The translations under genes and the position numbers were made by a program. Source: Stegostoma tigrinum (lineage: Eukaryota). From it: a stretch of 64,000 bases of DNA. The notes beneath the pieces were generated by a model. That model did not search any database, had not been told where the DNA came from, and worked only from the letters and a program-made list of their open reading frames with translations. This document shows positions 49,940 through 62,169 of this stretch, in pieces. Location of the stretch: the NCBI RefSeq assembly GCF_030684315.1, contig NC_081358.1:23867171-23931170 (forward strand), read 5' to 3'. Every line of letters begins with the position of its first letter. The stretch's first letter is position 1.

Positions 49940-51790
49940 TTTTTACACACCATAAAGTCTCCGGTATATGAGTGCTCGTTAAATCATCTGTGATGATATC
50001 TTTTCCAGACATATGAACAATTTTCAAATTATATTATGTAGTTCCATCAAAATAATCTTAACTTCTCGTCCTGGATATTTTCATAAGAAATTCAAAGGAT
50101 TATGGTCCGGTTAAGCAACATGTTTTGTACATGTTAGTAATGTACATTTCAAAACAATATAGAGCCAGCACAGAATGCAATGTCTCTTTTTGAACAGATG
50201 AATACTTCTGTTGATCTGTAGTCAGTTTCTTTCAAAAGAACCAAATTGTATGAACTCATTAGGAGCATCCCTAACGGCAAATAGTAATGATAGAATTCCC
50301 TTGTACGAATCATAATATGCTCTAATCAAAGTTTTCAAAGTTTGATGCCATATGATGTGATTGGTTTAATTCCCAAACGAGTCATAATTTCTCTAACATA
50401 AAATTTGAGTCTTCATCTAATTGTATTTCTTTGGGTAATGCTATCTTGTAAAAAAATTAAACTAAATCTTCTTCCATTACCACATCTACAGCAATTTTTC
50501 CATAAAGGCATTGCTTCGGAAATTCTTAAAGAAACTTCCACTGCCCGGACAAGATATTTGTTCTCATTCTATGTATTAGGTAGGAGTCCTGCATAATTTA
50601 TTAAGACCCTGTAATTCAGTACTTCAAAAGCTGGGACTGGAATTGAAACTGCAGATTTAAGTGAAAGTTGGGGCTCCCTATGAACTGACATGTATGGCAA
50701 GTCTGGCAAAAGTTGATTACGTCTTTATGCGATTCTTGCAATAAATATGCTTTAATATTTTAGTTTACGTTTTGCTAATAGCTAAGTGACTTACCATTGG
50801 AATTTCAGGAGCTTATAAATTCAATCTTTTAAATTTTGTTGAAGTACACAAATGGAATTACCATCTGTTGGACCAATCCATTCCTCATCAACTTGTATTT
50901 GAGGTGACCTCCATTTCTTCATTAGTCTTCAATTTTATAACGACACTGAGGTAATGTTTTTGATTCAATTTCTGATGGTATAACTCTTTCAATCCTAAAC
51001 CTATTTTGCTGCATTTCTATTAAAGATGGGCTGAACGTATCAGCCTCATTTGACCTGACTTCATCCTTTTTGTTAAGCTTTTAAACATTCTATCCAATAA
51101 CAATTTCCTCATCATCTTCCTGTTTCATAGGCTCTTTCTCTTCCCAGTTTTGTCATTCTGAAATCTAGTCATGACAGCGTCAAGAAACAAATCATGATTT
51201 ATTTTTGTAGCAGTTGACTTTCTCTCACTTCCATTGGCTGTTCTACTATCTTTGGTGAAGCCAATTTTTTTTAGCCTGCCAGGTTATTTTCCAAAATGAA
51301 ATCAATTCCCTCAACAATGTTTTATTACTTCAACTATCACTGTCCATCTACTAAGTCACTCTTTAATCCAAATCTGCACAATAAAAACAGTTTTGTAACT
51401 TCCACAAGTATCTTGAGGTATCATCAGCCAGCATGTGTGGCTAACTTGCTCCAATGTTTTTCAAAATCCTCTTGGTTTACCTCCTTGATTCAAAGCATAA
51501 GGAAATACCTTCCCTTTTGAGATAAAATAATAATAGGCAGAACCTCTAACAGTCTGATTTTCTTTACCTATCTTTAAAAAGGAATTTCAATGAATATTCT
51601 GAGCCATCAGTCTCTTTTTTCACACATTCTAAAGGAAACATGTTCACTTTGTATGCCCACTACAGTTTAGGTATCTAACTTTCTTTCCTGATACCCCTTT
51701 TCCGAAAACTCCTTAGATTTTTCCTATTACTGCAATTGATCTTCCATCAAACTTCCTGCAATTGTCCATGGTGAAGATGAAGTTTTGGGG
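49940..51790 (-). mobile_element. Gmr1-like Gypsy relic (gag knuckle-PR-IN-[RT lost]-RH)
   Basis: Minus-strand order: knuckle remnant GHTK*TC; LKSDLVDG...GIDFILENNLAG; integrase SHLAISKT...FCQTCHTCQ...LPKEIQLD...WHQTLK...LLFAVRDAPN; then RNase H DHNPLNFL...NLKIVHMSGKD. Confidence 0.82.
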
Positions 51791-52479
51791 GCCAGCTAAT
51801 TGAAAGTCCTGGAGGAGGTGGAGGGCATGGGTAGTGTCCCGAACATAACTGGCGAGTTCCTGGACCAGGGGGAAAAGAGAAAGTCCAAGGTATGTGGAGA
51901 TGAGTTGTGGGCAAGAGCAGGCAAAAAAAATGGGTCGACCAAGGCAGTCAGGTTTGTGGATTTTGGAAAGGAAATAAAAACAGGCAATGCTGTTTTATCT
52001 GGTGTTCCATGTAGGTCAGAGCAGGCATGGATATCATACTTCCTTCCTTCAAAGTGCATTAGTAGATCAGATGTGTTTCTGCACAATTGACAATTGTTAC
52101 ATAGTAACTACTGTACAATCTTTTTAATTCAAGTATTTAACGAAATTCACAGTTTACCATCTGCCATGGTAGAATTCAAACCACAGGCTCTAGATTACTA
52201 GTTCACTGACTTGTCCAGTATTACCATTAGCTAGGAACATGGCTACTCGAGAGGATAAGGTTACAAGTCATCATTCATTTCATTAATCGAGTGAATGAGA
52301 AGATAGGCCAATCTTTGAGTTTCCAGTAAGTGTAAGGTATTCTTTCAATCAACTCATGACACAACACCACCACTGTCAATCGAATTTCGGGTGAGACTTT
52401 AAAAACATGGACCACTTGTCACATTAAGTTTTCTCTCAACAAATGCAGACAGCCATTGTTAAATCCAGTATCATTTCTG

Positions 52480-53030
52480 GCCATGGAAATGAATATTTAA
52501 AGGAACAGGACTTCAAACCAAGAATGAAGGAAATGGATAATGAACCAGTACTTATCCTAGGGTTCCCATATGCTTCAGAAACTTGGATAGTGTGCAGCAG
52601 GCATGTCAAGCCACTGGGGAAATATCTATGCTACCTTCACAAAACACTTTAAATTTATTGTCAGGATGGAAAATCTAGCATGTGCAGCCTGTTCCATGTC
52701 AACATTTCCAACATAATGAGTTTAAATATCCTCATACAAGCTTAGTTATGCAGGCACATTGTTGACACCTGGCTTCTGAATTATCAGCTCAATTTTGAAC
52801 TTCAATGTAGCATTAGATTCCAAAGAGGACAGAGGAAAGCTATTAGTAATGTTCTTGAGCAGATTTATGAGTATCACGAGCCCACAGTCACCAAAAAATG
52901 GAAAGAGAAAGCTCGTTAGCACATTTCTAAGCTTCTCAAAAATCTTCAATGAACGCACACTTAGGCCAAGTACAGGCAGCCCCCAAGCAATTCATCAGCT
53001 CAATCCTTCAAATACCAAGTTCCCCATATA
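52480..53030 (+). mobile_element. RTE-clade LINE 3' relic
   Basis: YASETWIVCSRHVKPL resembles the RTE motif YGSETWTxxxRHxxxL. Confidence 0.6.
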
Positions 53031-53197
53031 GTAGCATCAGCAGATTAGATCTATTAGCCATTCTAGAATGCAATAGACCTGTGCAGAAAAAGTCACCTTC
53101 AATTCCAAGGGATCACTGAAGAAGAAGTGTGTAATGCACCCTGTTTAGCCAAATCTCCATAAAGGAACTTCATTGTGCAGAATTATAAAATGGTTAC

Positions 53198-53433
53198 TGA
53201 AATAACTCCACAAAGGCCAGAATCTCATCACAAAGTAACCCTTTATTTACTCGTGAATAGTACATGACACTGATCCAGCTCCCTCAGAGCCAACTCTCAG
53301 ACTGAGCAGAACCCCCAACAGTTCTGTTTATATCTGTCAGCCAAGACTCCCTGATTGAGCCAGATTAACAGCCCCATTCAGGGAACTCATATTCTATGAG
53401 ATCCACCTGGCTGAACTTGTTTCAATAACTAAA
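53198..53433 (-). mobile_element. Solo LTR (236 bp), same family as 12763-12998
   Basis: TSD GTTAC at 53193-53197 and 53434-53438; colinear with 15958-16193. Confidence 0.9.
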
Positions 53434-53699
53434 GTTACAGTACAAATGAAGGCCACTCATTGTGCTATTTTTGTGCAGGTTCACTGCCAGGGTTACTCAC
53501 ACAGTGCCACTCACCTACCTTTTCCAATAACAAGACAGCATTTGCTGGGTTCATCATGTAATACATTTTTGAAAGCTTCATTCAGCCATGTCTCTTGGAT
53601 AGTACATTTCAGATTCTAACCAGTCTCTGCATAAAATATTTTTTTCTCATTTCAGCGTTGCATCATTTGCCAATCCCACATTGGTCCGCCAGCATTGAT

Positions 53700-55045
53700 T
53701 AAGAAGGGCAACAGGGGTGATACGGGAAATTACAGGCTGGTGAGCCTTATGTCAGTGGCAGGAAAATTATTGGAGAAGATCTTTAAGAGATGGTAACTAC
53801 TCACTTTTAGGAAATTGTGGACCTAATTAGCAAAAGGCAGCGCAGCTTTGTGTGGAAAGGCTCCTATCTCACAAACCTGATCGAGTTTTTTGAGGAAGAT
53901 ACAAAATGACTGATGAGGGCAGGGCAGTGGTTATTGTCAACATGGACTTTAGCAAGGCCTATGACAAAGCTCCTCACAGCAGTCTGATATGGAAGGTGAA
54001 GTCACATGAGATTTATGCTGAGCTGGTAAGCTGAATACAGAACTGCTTTGGTTATAGAAGATAAATAATAAGTGGAAAGGCATTTTTCTGTTTGGAAATC
54101 TGTGACCAAGGCTGTTCTTCTAGGATCGCAGCTGTGGCCTCATTTGTTTATAATATGTATTAACAATGTGGAGAAGAATGTAGGTGGCTTGATTAGTAAG
54201 TTTGCAGATGACACAAAGATTGGGGGGGCTGCCAAAAGTAGTTGAGCACTGCCAGAGTATATAGAATGATTCGGATACACTGGAAATGATGCATTTTAGA
54301 AGGTCTAATGCAAGAGGGAAGAGTACAGTAAATGGAAGAACCATTACAAATACTAACATCCAGAAGGATCTAGGAATGCAGATCCACAGTTCCCCATAAG
54401 TGGCCACACAAATGAGAAAGGTGGTCAATGCTTGCATCAATCGACTGGGGCACAGAATTTAAAAATTGGCATGTCATGCTGCAGCTGTATAAAATTTTAA
54501 TTCGGCCACATTTGGAATACTGTGTCCAGTTCTGGTCATCGCACTACCAGAAGGACGTGGTGCCTTTCAAAAAGATCCAGGATGTTGCCTAACATTTGGA
54601 GGGTATTAGCTATGCAAAGAGACTGGACGAGCTCAATTTGTTATCACTTGAACATCAGAGGCTGAGGGGTGACCTGATAGAAGTTTACAAAATGATGAGA
54701 GGCTTGGACAAAATGGATAGATGGAGATTTTTTTCCCCAGCATAGAAATGTCAATTATTAGGTACATAGGTTTGAGGTAAAAGGGGAAAGTTCAAAGAAG
54801 ATGTGACAGGCAAGTTTTTTCTTAAACAGAGGGTGCTAAGTGCCTGGAATGCACTGCTAGAAGAGATGGTGGAGACAGATACAATAGCAATGCTTAAGAA
54901 GTATCTTGATAGATACATGAATAGATAGCGAGTAGAAGGATATGGACTGTGCAGAGGCAAAATAACTTTTATTTACAAAAGCATCATGTGTCAGTGCAAG
55001 TTTGATAGACCAATGGGTCTGTTCCTGCACTGTACAGTTCTTACT
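53700..55045 (+). mobile_element. CR1 LINE RT portion and 3' end
   Basis: GNYRLVSLMSV, MDFSKAYDK, SKFADDTK, RLRGDLIEVYK. Confidence 0.92.
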
Positions 55046-55199
55046 TCATGCTCATCCTACCCTGCCATCTCCAAAGATTTGAATAAGTAGCACCCTGAGG
55101 TGTGTCTGTTTTTTCTACCAAGCTGACAGGAATGATCTCTGTCAGACAGCATTGACAGTATATCTTAAGCGCTCTCAGGTTTTGGTCAGCATCACTCAG

Positions 55200-55780
55200 G
55201 CTTCACACTGTATAGGACCGTAGGGAGGAACTGTTTTCCAGACTCCAAACGTTGCATCGATCAGCGGTTATGGTTAACGAGGACTTGTCTAAGCCGCTTC
55301 TCATGCACTGAATCCTATGTGGAATATCAAAGTCTACACTCTGTGACTGGAACATATAGTTCCGAAGCCAGCAGAAGTGAATAACAGCCTCCAACTGTGA
55401 CCTGCAGCTGTGATGCTTTCTGCAGGAAGTAGGCAACTTGAGATTGGAGGCCATCATTCTTATGTAGTAACAGAATAAGCCACTTCAGTAGAATGCTGAA
55501 TACTTGCCTTCCAAAGCACTGTCTCTACTCCCAACTCTTGATGAGTCAAAGATCATTGGGCAGTCAACAGAAGCATTTCAAAGATACCATAAAAGTCTCC
55601 TTGAAGGCTGACTTTCACCTAAATAGCTGGGAAGACTGCACACATATCACTCTCGATGGTAAGCTTTGCTTCATCAAGGCATAACTGGCTTTGAAAGAAG
55701 ACAGGCAATGAAGGCCAAAGATGTGGCAGTAAGAAAAAACATCAAGAAGGACACAACTCCTCATCTACCACGGACTCACC
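55200..55780. mobile_element. RTE-clade relic, two pieces in opposite orientation
   Basis: Minus piece: LEAVIHFCWL...DFDIPHRIQC. Plus piece: CLPKHCLYSQL...RSLGSQQKHFKDTIKVSLK. Confidence 0.6.
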
Positions 55781-56449
55781 AATTGAATAAAAGCGATTTT
55801 TTTTCCCATCTTGTTGTTATTTGTTCCTTCGTCTTTTATCTTCCCTTTCCACCTCTTCAATTTTGCACCAACTTTACACCTATTGCTTACAGTTGGAGGA
55901 GCGGGACAGGCAAGGTAAGGATCCAGTAACAGTCAGTACCACTAAGCAAAGAATTCTGTAACAGGCAGTCAGCATTATCAAGAACAGTGAGCAAGGTAAC
56001 GACTCCGTGACAAGCAATCAGTATCCATGAGAACAGCAGGCAAAGTGAAGATTCTGTGAGAAGTAATCAAGATATGGTAACACGGAATTTGATGAAAGGA
56101 GAGGTAAGATCCCAAAATTTGAAGAGTTGTTCTTTTATAAGATCCAGAAATGATTACCTGCAATTTAGGATTTTACCTAAATATATTGTTTTAAGCCACT
56201 TATTTTTTTGGGGGGTAGCAAGAGGAGTGGGACCTGCAAAGGAGACTTGTCCTGAACTGATTGACTGAGTTTGAAAAGGAATGATTGAAATCACAGGAAA
56301 ATCATGAATTAGCTGTTGATTGAGCAACTGCTATTAGGAATTGTGTTTCAAACACAGTAACCAGCACAACGAAAGAAGGAAAGAATTTACAGGAAGAAGA
56401 GAGGGAGTCAATTTGTGAGTAAGGGCAAAGAATTTCTACTTGCTATTAA

Positions 56450-57530
56450 TCTACAGCTTATGTTAACAGCTTCAATAATTTTTCCACTTGTTTTAAATTT
56501 GGTTAAGAGTAATTGACCTTAAGGTAAGGCCAAGGAATTGCTAGTGTGAGTATAGGAATAGACAGTTCGACGAGATGAACGTGACATTGAAGAGTTGGTG
56601 CAAGGAGAGAGGGGTCTAGATTAAAGTTCACTGAGTCCCATTTCTGGTGAAGGTTGAATCTGTACAAGTCTGGTAGATTGCACTTCAGCAGAAATGGGAA
56701 TATCCTTGTGGGGAAGGGGTTTGGGGTCTGCTACTGCTGTTTGAGCATTTATACCAAATTTTACAGGGGAAAGGGATTCAGAGTGAAGAAGCAATATAAA
56801 AAGAGAAAAAAATCAAGCCAGCCTAAAACGTAGAACATATATCATCACGTTAAGGCACAAGAGAACAGAGCAGGCTGGATGACATTTATTATTGTAAATG
56901 GTCTTGTGAGTAAGGCAGATGAGTTGAAGAGCTCAAAAGAATTCAGTTCTGTGGGTCACCTGGCCTGAAATGTTAACTCTGATTTTTCTCTCCATAGATG
57001 CTGCCAGACCTGGTGAGCTTTCTCAGCAACTTTTTTGTTTCTGATTTCCACCATCCACTTTTTTTTTGGTTTTTAGATGAGTTGAAGATGCTGATTGCCA
57101 ACTGAAAATTGGATGTCATTACTACCACGCAGATTGGGTTGCAACAGGGGCAGGACTGACAGTTCAATTTTGCAAGATATAGTCTCCAGGTGAGACAGGG
57201 AGCAGTTTAAAGAAGTGATATGACAATACTAATCAAGAAGCCAACTACTGCAGTAAAGAGGGATGATATCGTTGATGGATTCTCAATATAGGTGGAACAC
57301 AAAAACCAAAAAGGGGGTAAGTATATTTATGCGGTATACTTCAGACTCCAACCAATCAGGAAGAGACAGAAGTGCAGGTGTATAGGCGAATTTCAAAGAA
57401 GCGTAAACATAATAGTGTTAATAGGCGATTTCAACTTCCCCAATATTCAATGGCATAGACAAGGTATGAAAGAGGGCAGATAGAATTTGTTGCAATTTTC
57501 TATGAAAGATATCGTAGGAATAACCTATGG
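56450..57530 (+). mobile_element. Old CR1 relic (EN region)
   Basis: IVLIGDFNFPNIQW in ORF 57292..57483. Confidence 0.7.
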
Positions 57531-57589
57531 AAAATATTTAACCAATTGCACGATCTCCCTTCCAAATGTGCATCTGTTGCAGGGTTTGC

Positions 57590-58400
57590 GATTAACAAAG
57601 ATATACGGTGGTCCGTTGACAACAGTTTATTTCGGTTTTCTACAAACTACTCACCTTTAGGGTACCTTTACTTCCATCTTTATTCCGCAGCTGCTTCAGT
57701 TTCTCCTCGTACAAGCCTTGGAACTCGTTCGATAAATGTTTCACGGTTTGCCTGACTCCTATCGGTCTTGGTAACGGCGATTCCTTGCCTGCCGCTCTCA
57801 GAAGCTCCAAGTCCCGCCGCAAACCAGCGTCAACATCTTTTCCAACAGCATCCTGGCCGCAGGAGCCAGCCTGTACTTTCATTCGATCCGCAACAAGGCA
57901 TCGGGCACTGGGGCCCTGCTCACTAATATCCATTGTTGTGGAGGGCGATCGCTCCTACCATGGAAAAGACAACGGACTTTTATCGTTGGACATTCTCACA
58001 ATGAACCGCCTTTCACGGACAGCCTTTCACCAAACTTTGAATCTAACGGATTGCGCCGTTGGAACGCCCGCCCCCTCGTCTGCTCCGATTGGTGAACGTG
58101 GTAACTGGATCCGCCCACAGATTCTGTTCCGATTGGTAGAAAGGGACACTCCTACAGGACGGTTGGCTCCTTCCCGTATCAATCAATTGGTGACGGCTCA
58201 AGCAGGCGTCCTCGCGCCTCTCCGCCCGCCGTCTGGAGGAGGAGAGGATGTAGAGGTCAGGGGTCGTGCGTTGAGCCATGCAGAGACCTTTTTCTTCCCT
58301 ATGCAAACGCAAACTCTCAAGGCAAAGAAGGGTTGTGCTGTGATTGTCTTTACACACCCCGGATCTGGAGCTGTACTGTCAACATCTTGCACTCCCGAAG
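57590..58400. promoter_or_regulatory. CpG-rich, probably bidirectional promoter
   Basis: Abrupt CpG enrichment against a CpG-poor background; GC box CCCGCCCC at 58067-58074; CCAAT boxes (ATTGG) at 58088, 58132 and 58186. Confidence 0.8.
57655..57933 (-). CDS. First coding exon of a coiled-coil protein gene (possibly PMFBP1/CCDC18-like)
   Basis: Good Kozak context ACAATGG; 93 codons MDISEQG...VKHLSNEFQGLYEEKLKQLRNKDGSKGTLK; consensus donor AAG|GTGAGT; lies in the CpG island. Family assignment is tentative. Confidence 0.8.
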
Positions 58401-59814
58401 GCAAGCTGCTCCTTTGGCTGCAGGGGCTGGTGAGAGGCCTAGTTCTGGTAGGTGTTATACTTGTCATCGGTGAAACTGGCCCACTTGCACAGGAACAGGG
58501 TCTTTACAAAAATAAATGCATAACAGCCGTAAACTCCCAGATATTTACTTTTAAACTTCGCTATCAGTTTCTTTCCTTTCAGGATAGCGACAGTATAAAA
58601 TTATTTTATTTCTGTATTAAATCATGGCCTACTTCTGGCTGGTGTGTGGCCAACTTGAGTCCGGGACAAGCTTAACCTCGAGACAAACTTAGCTCGAATG
58701 CTTTCGCACGAACTCCGTAAACTCTAAATTTTGTCATTGATAATGTTTTTGGTGGCTAGTGTTAATTTGCTACTGGAACAAATTTCGTTTCTTCCGCTTT
58801 AAAAAGTGTGAGACCTAATTAGTAGATGACCAAAATAATATTATTGTAACTTCTGCGTTCTCGTCAAGTATCAAAGCCTTCTTACTTGAAATTAATGCTT
58901 TGTAAGATTTCCTCCTTTTAATCTAATTTGCTATTTGTTTCCTACCGCATACCTTTTCCACCCATTTGACCATTAGAGCATTCTGACATTAGTGATTACG
59001 ATAATATATTTTAGTGTTAACTCTGTACGTGTTAAGTTTGAAACTACATACAAAAACAGCTTTTGATTTTTCTGTAGAGAAAGTAAATGGGCAACAACCA
59101 AATATGAGTCTAAACCGATGTAGAGCAGAAAATAACCAGGAGTTAAGCAATTGTAACGATGGCAGAAGTGTCATTGATTCTTGTCATTTCTCATCTGAAA
59201 CTGACAGCAACTTCCGCGGTTCACGTGCGCAGTTAAACAGAGAAATATGAAGCTTCTGTCAGTTTTTTTTGTTTTGTGAAAGTGTGCGCTGTTTAATTTT
59301 CCTGATTGATTCCAATTAATTGCAATGAATTTGCAAAATCTTTCTTGTTTTCTCTGTGTCATTTGTAAAAATCTTCAAAGCTACATGTTTTCAATAAAGT
59401 ATAATTTGGTTTTTTAAATGAGCATTAAGTTTGTAATTATTGCTCAATAGCCATACTTTTTCCAGTAAACTAATGCGATTCAACTTTGTAAACTGCTCGG
59501 TTTCTCAATTTTCATAAAAACCCTTCTGGCAAATTAATTTCAAATTTTATTAATGAAATTTTAACTTCGCATGTGTATGTCCCAATTTTTAATTTGCTGT
59601 CTAAACAATGTTCATCAGACAAAAAGATTCAATTATTTTAACTTGGTTTGTTGTCTTACAATACTTTGTTTTGTTGCATATCCTACTCGATAACGTCATA
59701 ATTGAAGAATCTCTGGTGATCCTGTCAATTTAGCACCTGCCATTGCTGCTGCGCAGGCTTCCCTGCTACGTTCCCCTACCAATCAACTCTAGTAGTTACT
59801 TTTACTCAATTTTA

Positions 59815-60860
59815 ATAATGTTACATCTGATTCCATCTTCTCCCTCGTAAACTGTAGGGTGAATTCTATCATGTTAAGGTCAGTGGCACCTCAAGGCTCC
59901 TTCTTCAGCTCCCTCAGTAAGTCTGCCATGTCACACATCACCAAATGCACAATTGCCTGTTCCCTCATGGAATGTGCCATAAGCTAGCCCAAGAAACCAT
60001 CTTTTATAGACATTCCACGAATTCCTTTTCTTGGTATCCACTACCAACCTGATTTGACCAAACCATCTGTATACTGAAGTCTCCCATAATTATTGTAATA
60101 GTGACTTTCTTACGTGCCTTTGCCTTTTCTATCTCCAGAAATATTTTCTGCCCCATATCCTGACTACTGCTAGGAGGTCTATACGTAACACCCATCAGTG
60201 TAGTTTTGTCCTTCTGAGATTCCTCAGCTCTACCCACAAAGATTCTGTGCTATCCAACTCGATATAATTTCTTCCTACCAATTTACTTTTTTACGAACCT
60301 ACCATACCCTACCCCAATACTCATCTGCCTGTCCTTTTCAATAGGATGTGTTTCCTTGGATGTTTAGTCCTCAGCCCTGGTTCCCCCGCAGCCACAAACC
60401 CACAACATTGTTCCAACCAATTTTAGTCTATGCCTGAAGCTTATTTCAATATGTTGTGTGCATTTAAGTACAAAATCTTCAGTTCTGCATTGACTGCCCC
60501 CCCCCCCTTATAGTTGTCTCCTTATCTGTTGTGTCTGAAGTTAGATTCCTGTCCCTTTTCTGTACTCTCTGTCCAATTACTTGCTCTGGAAACATTAATA
60601 ATGTCTGTTGAGGCTCCTCCCAACCTTTTTCCATAATTTTCTTTACAAGTGAATCTAACCCACCTTCTCCCCTGCCCCCGTCCCTTCTTTTTTTTAATTT
60701 AAAGGCTTATCCAGAACCCTAGTTACAAAGTTCGGCAGGACTCCAGTCGCCACATGATACAGACAGAATTTGTCCAATTAGAAAAGCTCCCTTCTTTCTA
60801 GTAGTGGTGCCTGTGTCCTTATGAATTCAAATCCAATTCATCCGTATCAATCTTTGATCC
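59815..60860 (-). mobile_element. CR1 relic (EN region)
   Basis: ORF 60004..60237: GVTYRPPSS...IIMGDFS...EFVECL. Confidence 0.85.
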
Positions 60861-62169
60861 ACGCATCATGGCCATGAAGAAAATCTCTCAAAAGAATCTA
60901 AGTATCTCTGCGGCATGAATTTTCTCTTTCCTGGTGACAGTTCAAATCTGGTGCTAAATTCACAGGATCACCAGAGATCCTTCGATTGTAATGTTATCAA
61001 GCGGGATAAGCAACAAAACATGCTGAAGTATTGTCGGACAGCAAACCAAGTGAAAATCATTCTATCTTTTTGTTTGAGCATATTACAGAGAGCAAAATAA
61101 AAAATGGGACATGCACATGGGAAGTTAAAATTTCAGTAATAAACTTTGAAAATATTTTACTGTAGGATTTTTATGAATGTTGAGAAACCCGATTTGCTAG
61201 AATGATCTCAAAATTGAGACTTCAGTTATATGAATCACCTGGAGACAAGATTGAGCCATGATACACCAGCGAAAGAGAATGTCAAGGAGAGATTTTACTA
61301 GAAATATTCAAAATTATGAAGCATTTTGCAGACTAAGTGAAAATCTAGGAAATTGGGTTAATTGGACAGCACTAAAAGGAACTAACAAAGGGATAATGGA
61401 TCAAATGGCCTTTGTGGTGTGCCATGCAATACCAATAAGTAATCGCCTTTTGATTTTCAAAGAGATCTTGATCTTTGCTGGATAGTGTGCATGAGGGACT
61501 GAGCAGTGTTCAGGTGCTTTTTCTTCCTCCCATATCAGGAAGGTAAGTCAGGAATGGATATCTCATCACAAGACTAAGAGCTGAGATGGGCCCTGGTGGA
61601 AGATGTAAGGAGAAGAAGCTACTAGCAATAAATTGGCATTTTGGTTCCTCCTGTGACATTTTTACTGTCACTGAAGATAGGCAGAGGCCATATGAGGCCA
61701 TTTGTGTCTAAGCAATACATCGCAAAAGCTAATGAGTGGATTTCAACAAAAATTGGCATACAGTTAGGATATGGCCCGAGAACAAACTGATTTAGTTTTT
61801 TTCACTTAGATACAAATCTATGTCCAGATCCTGAAATTTTGATTTTAAAAATTTATTGACATTGGAAGGTAAGGGAAAATTGACTTTTTTTAACGAAGAA
61901 TATTGTGTATGATCACATCTGCTGTGGTGCTATTTGTTTCAGATCGTAAAATATGAGCAGAATTTTCAGAGCAGGATGCTTGATGTGGATCTGCATAAGC
62001 CTGCTTTGTGAGATGGAAGCTGTTCCTGAAAAGATTTTTTTTCAACTTTGTGTATGCGGAGTATTACACAGGCAGGGAAAAGCTGAATATTTAGAATAAC
62101 ACTGAGCTAATGCAGTACCTATATTGAGTGCCCTGTTTGTTTGTTTGTAAATGTGTGACTGAGGGGGAA

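Noticed and set aside
57785-58675. 296-aa plus-strand ORF, the longest in the track
   Set aside because: Starts at TTG, crosses the GC-rich promoter, overlaps exon 1 antisense and has no recognisable domain; likely a composition artefact.
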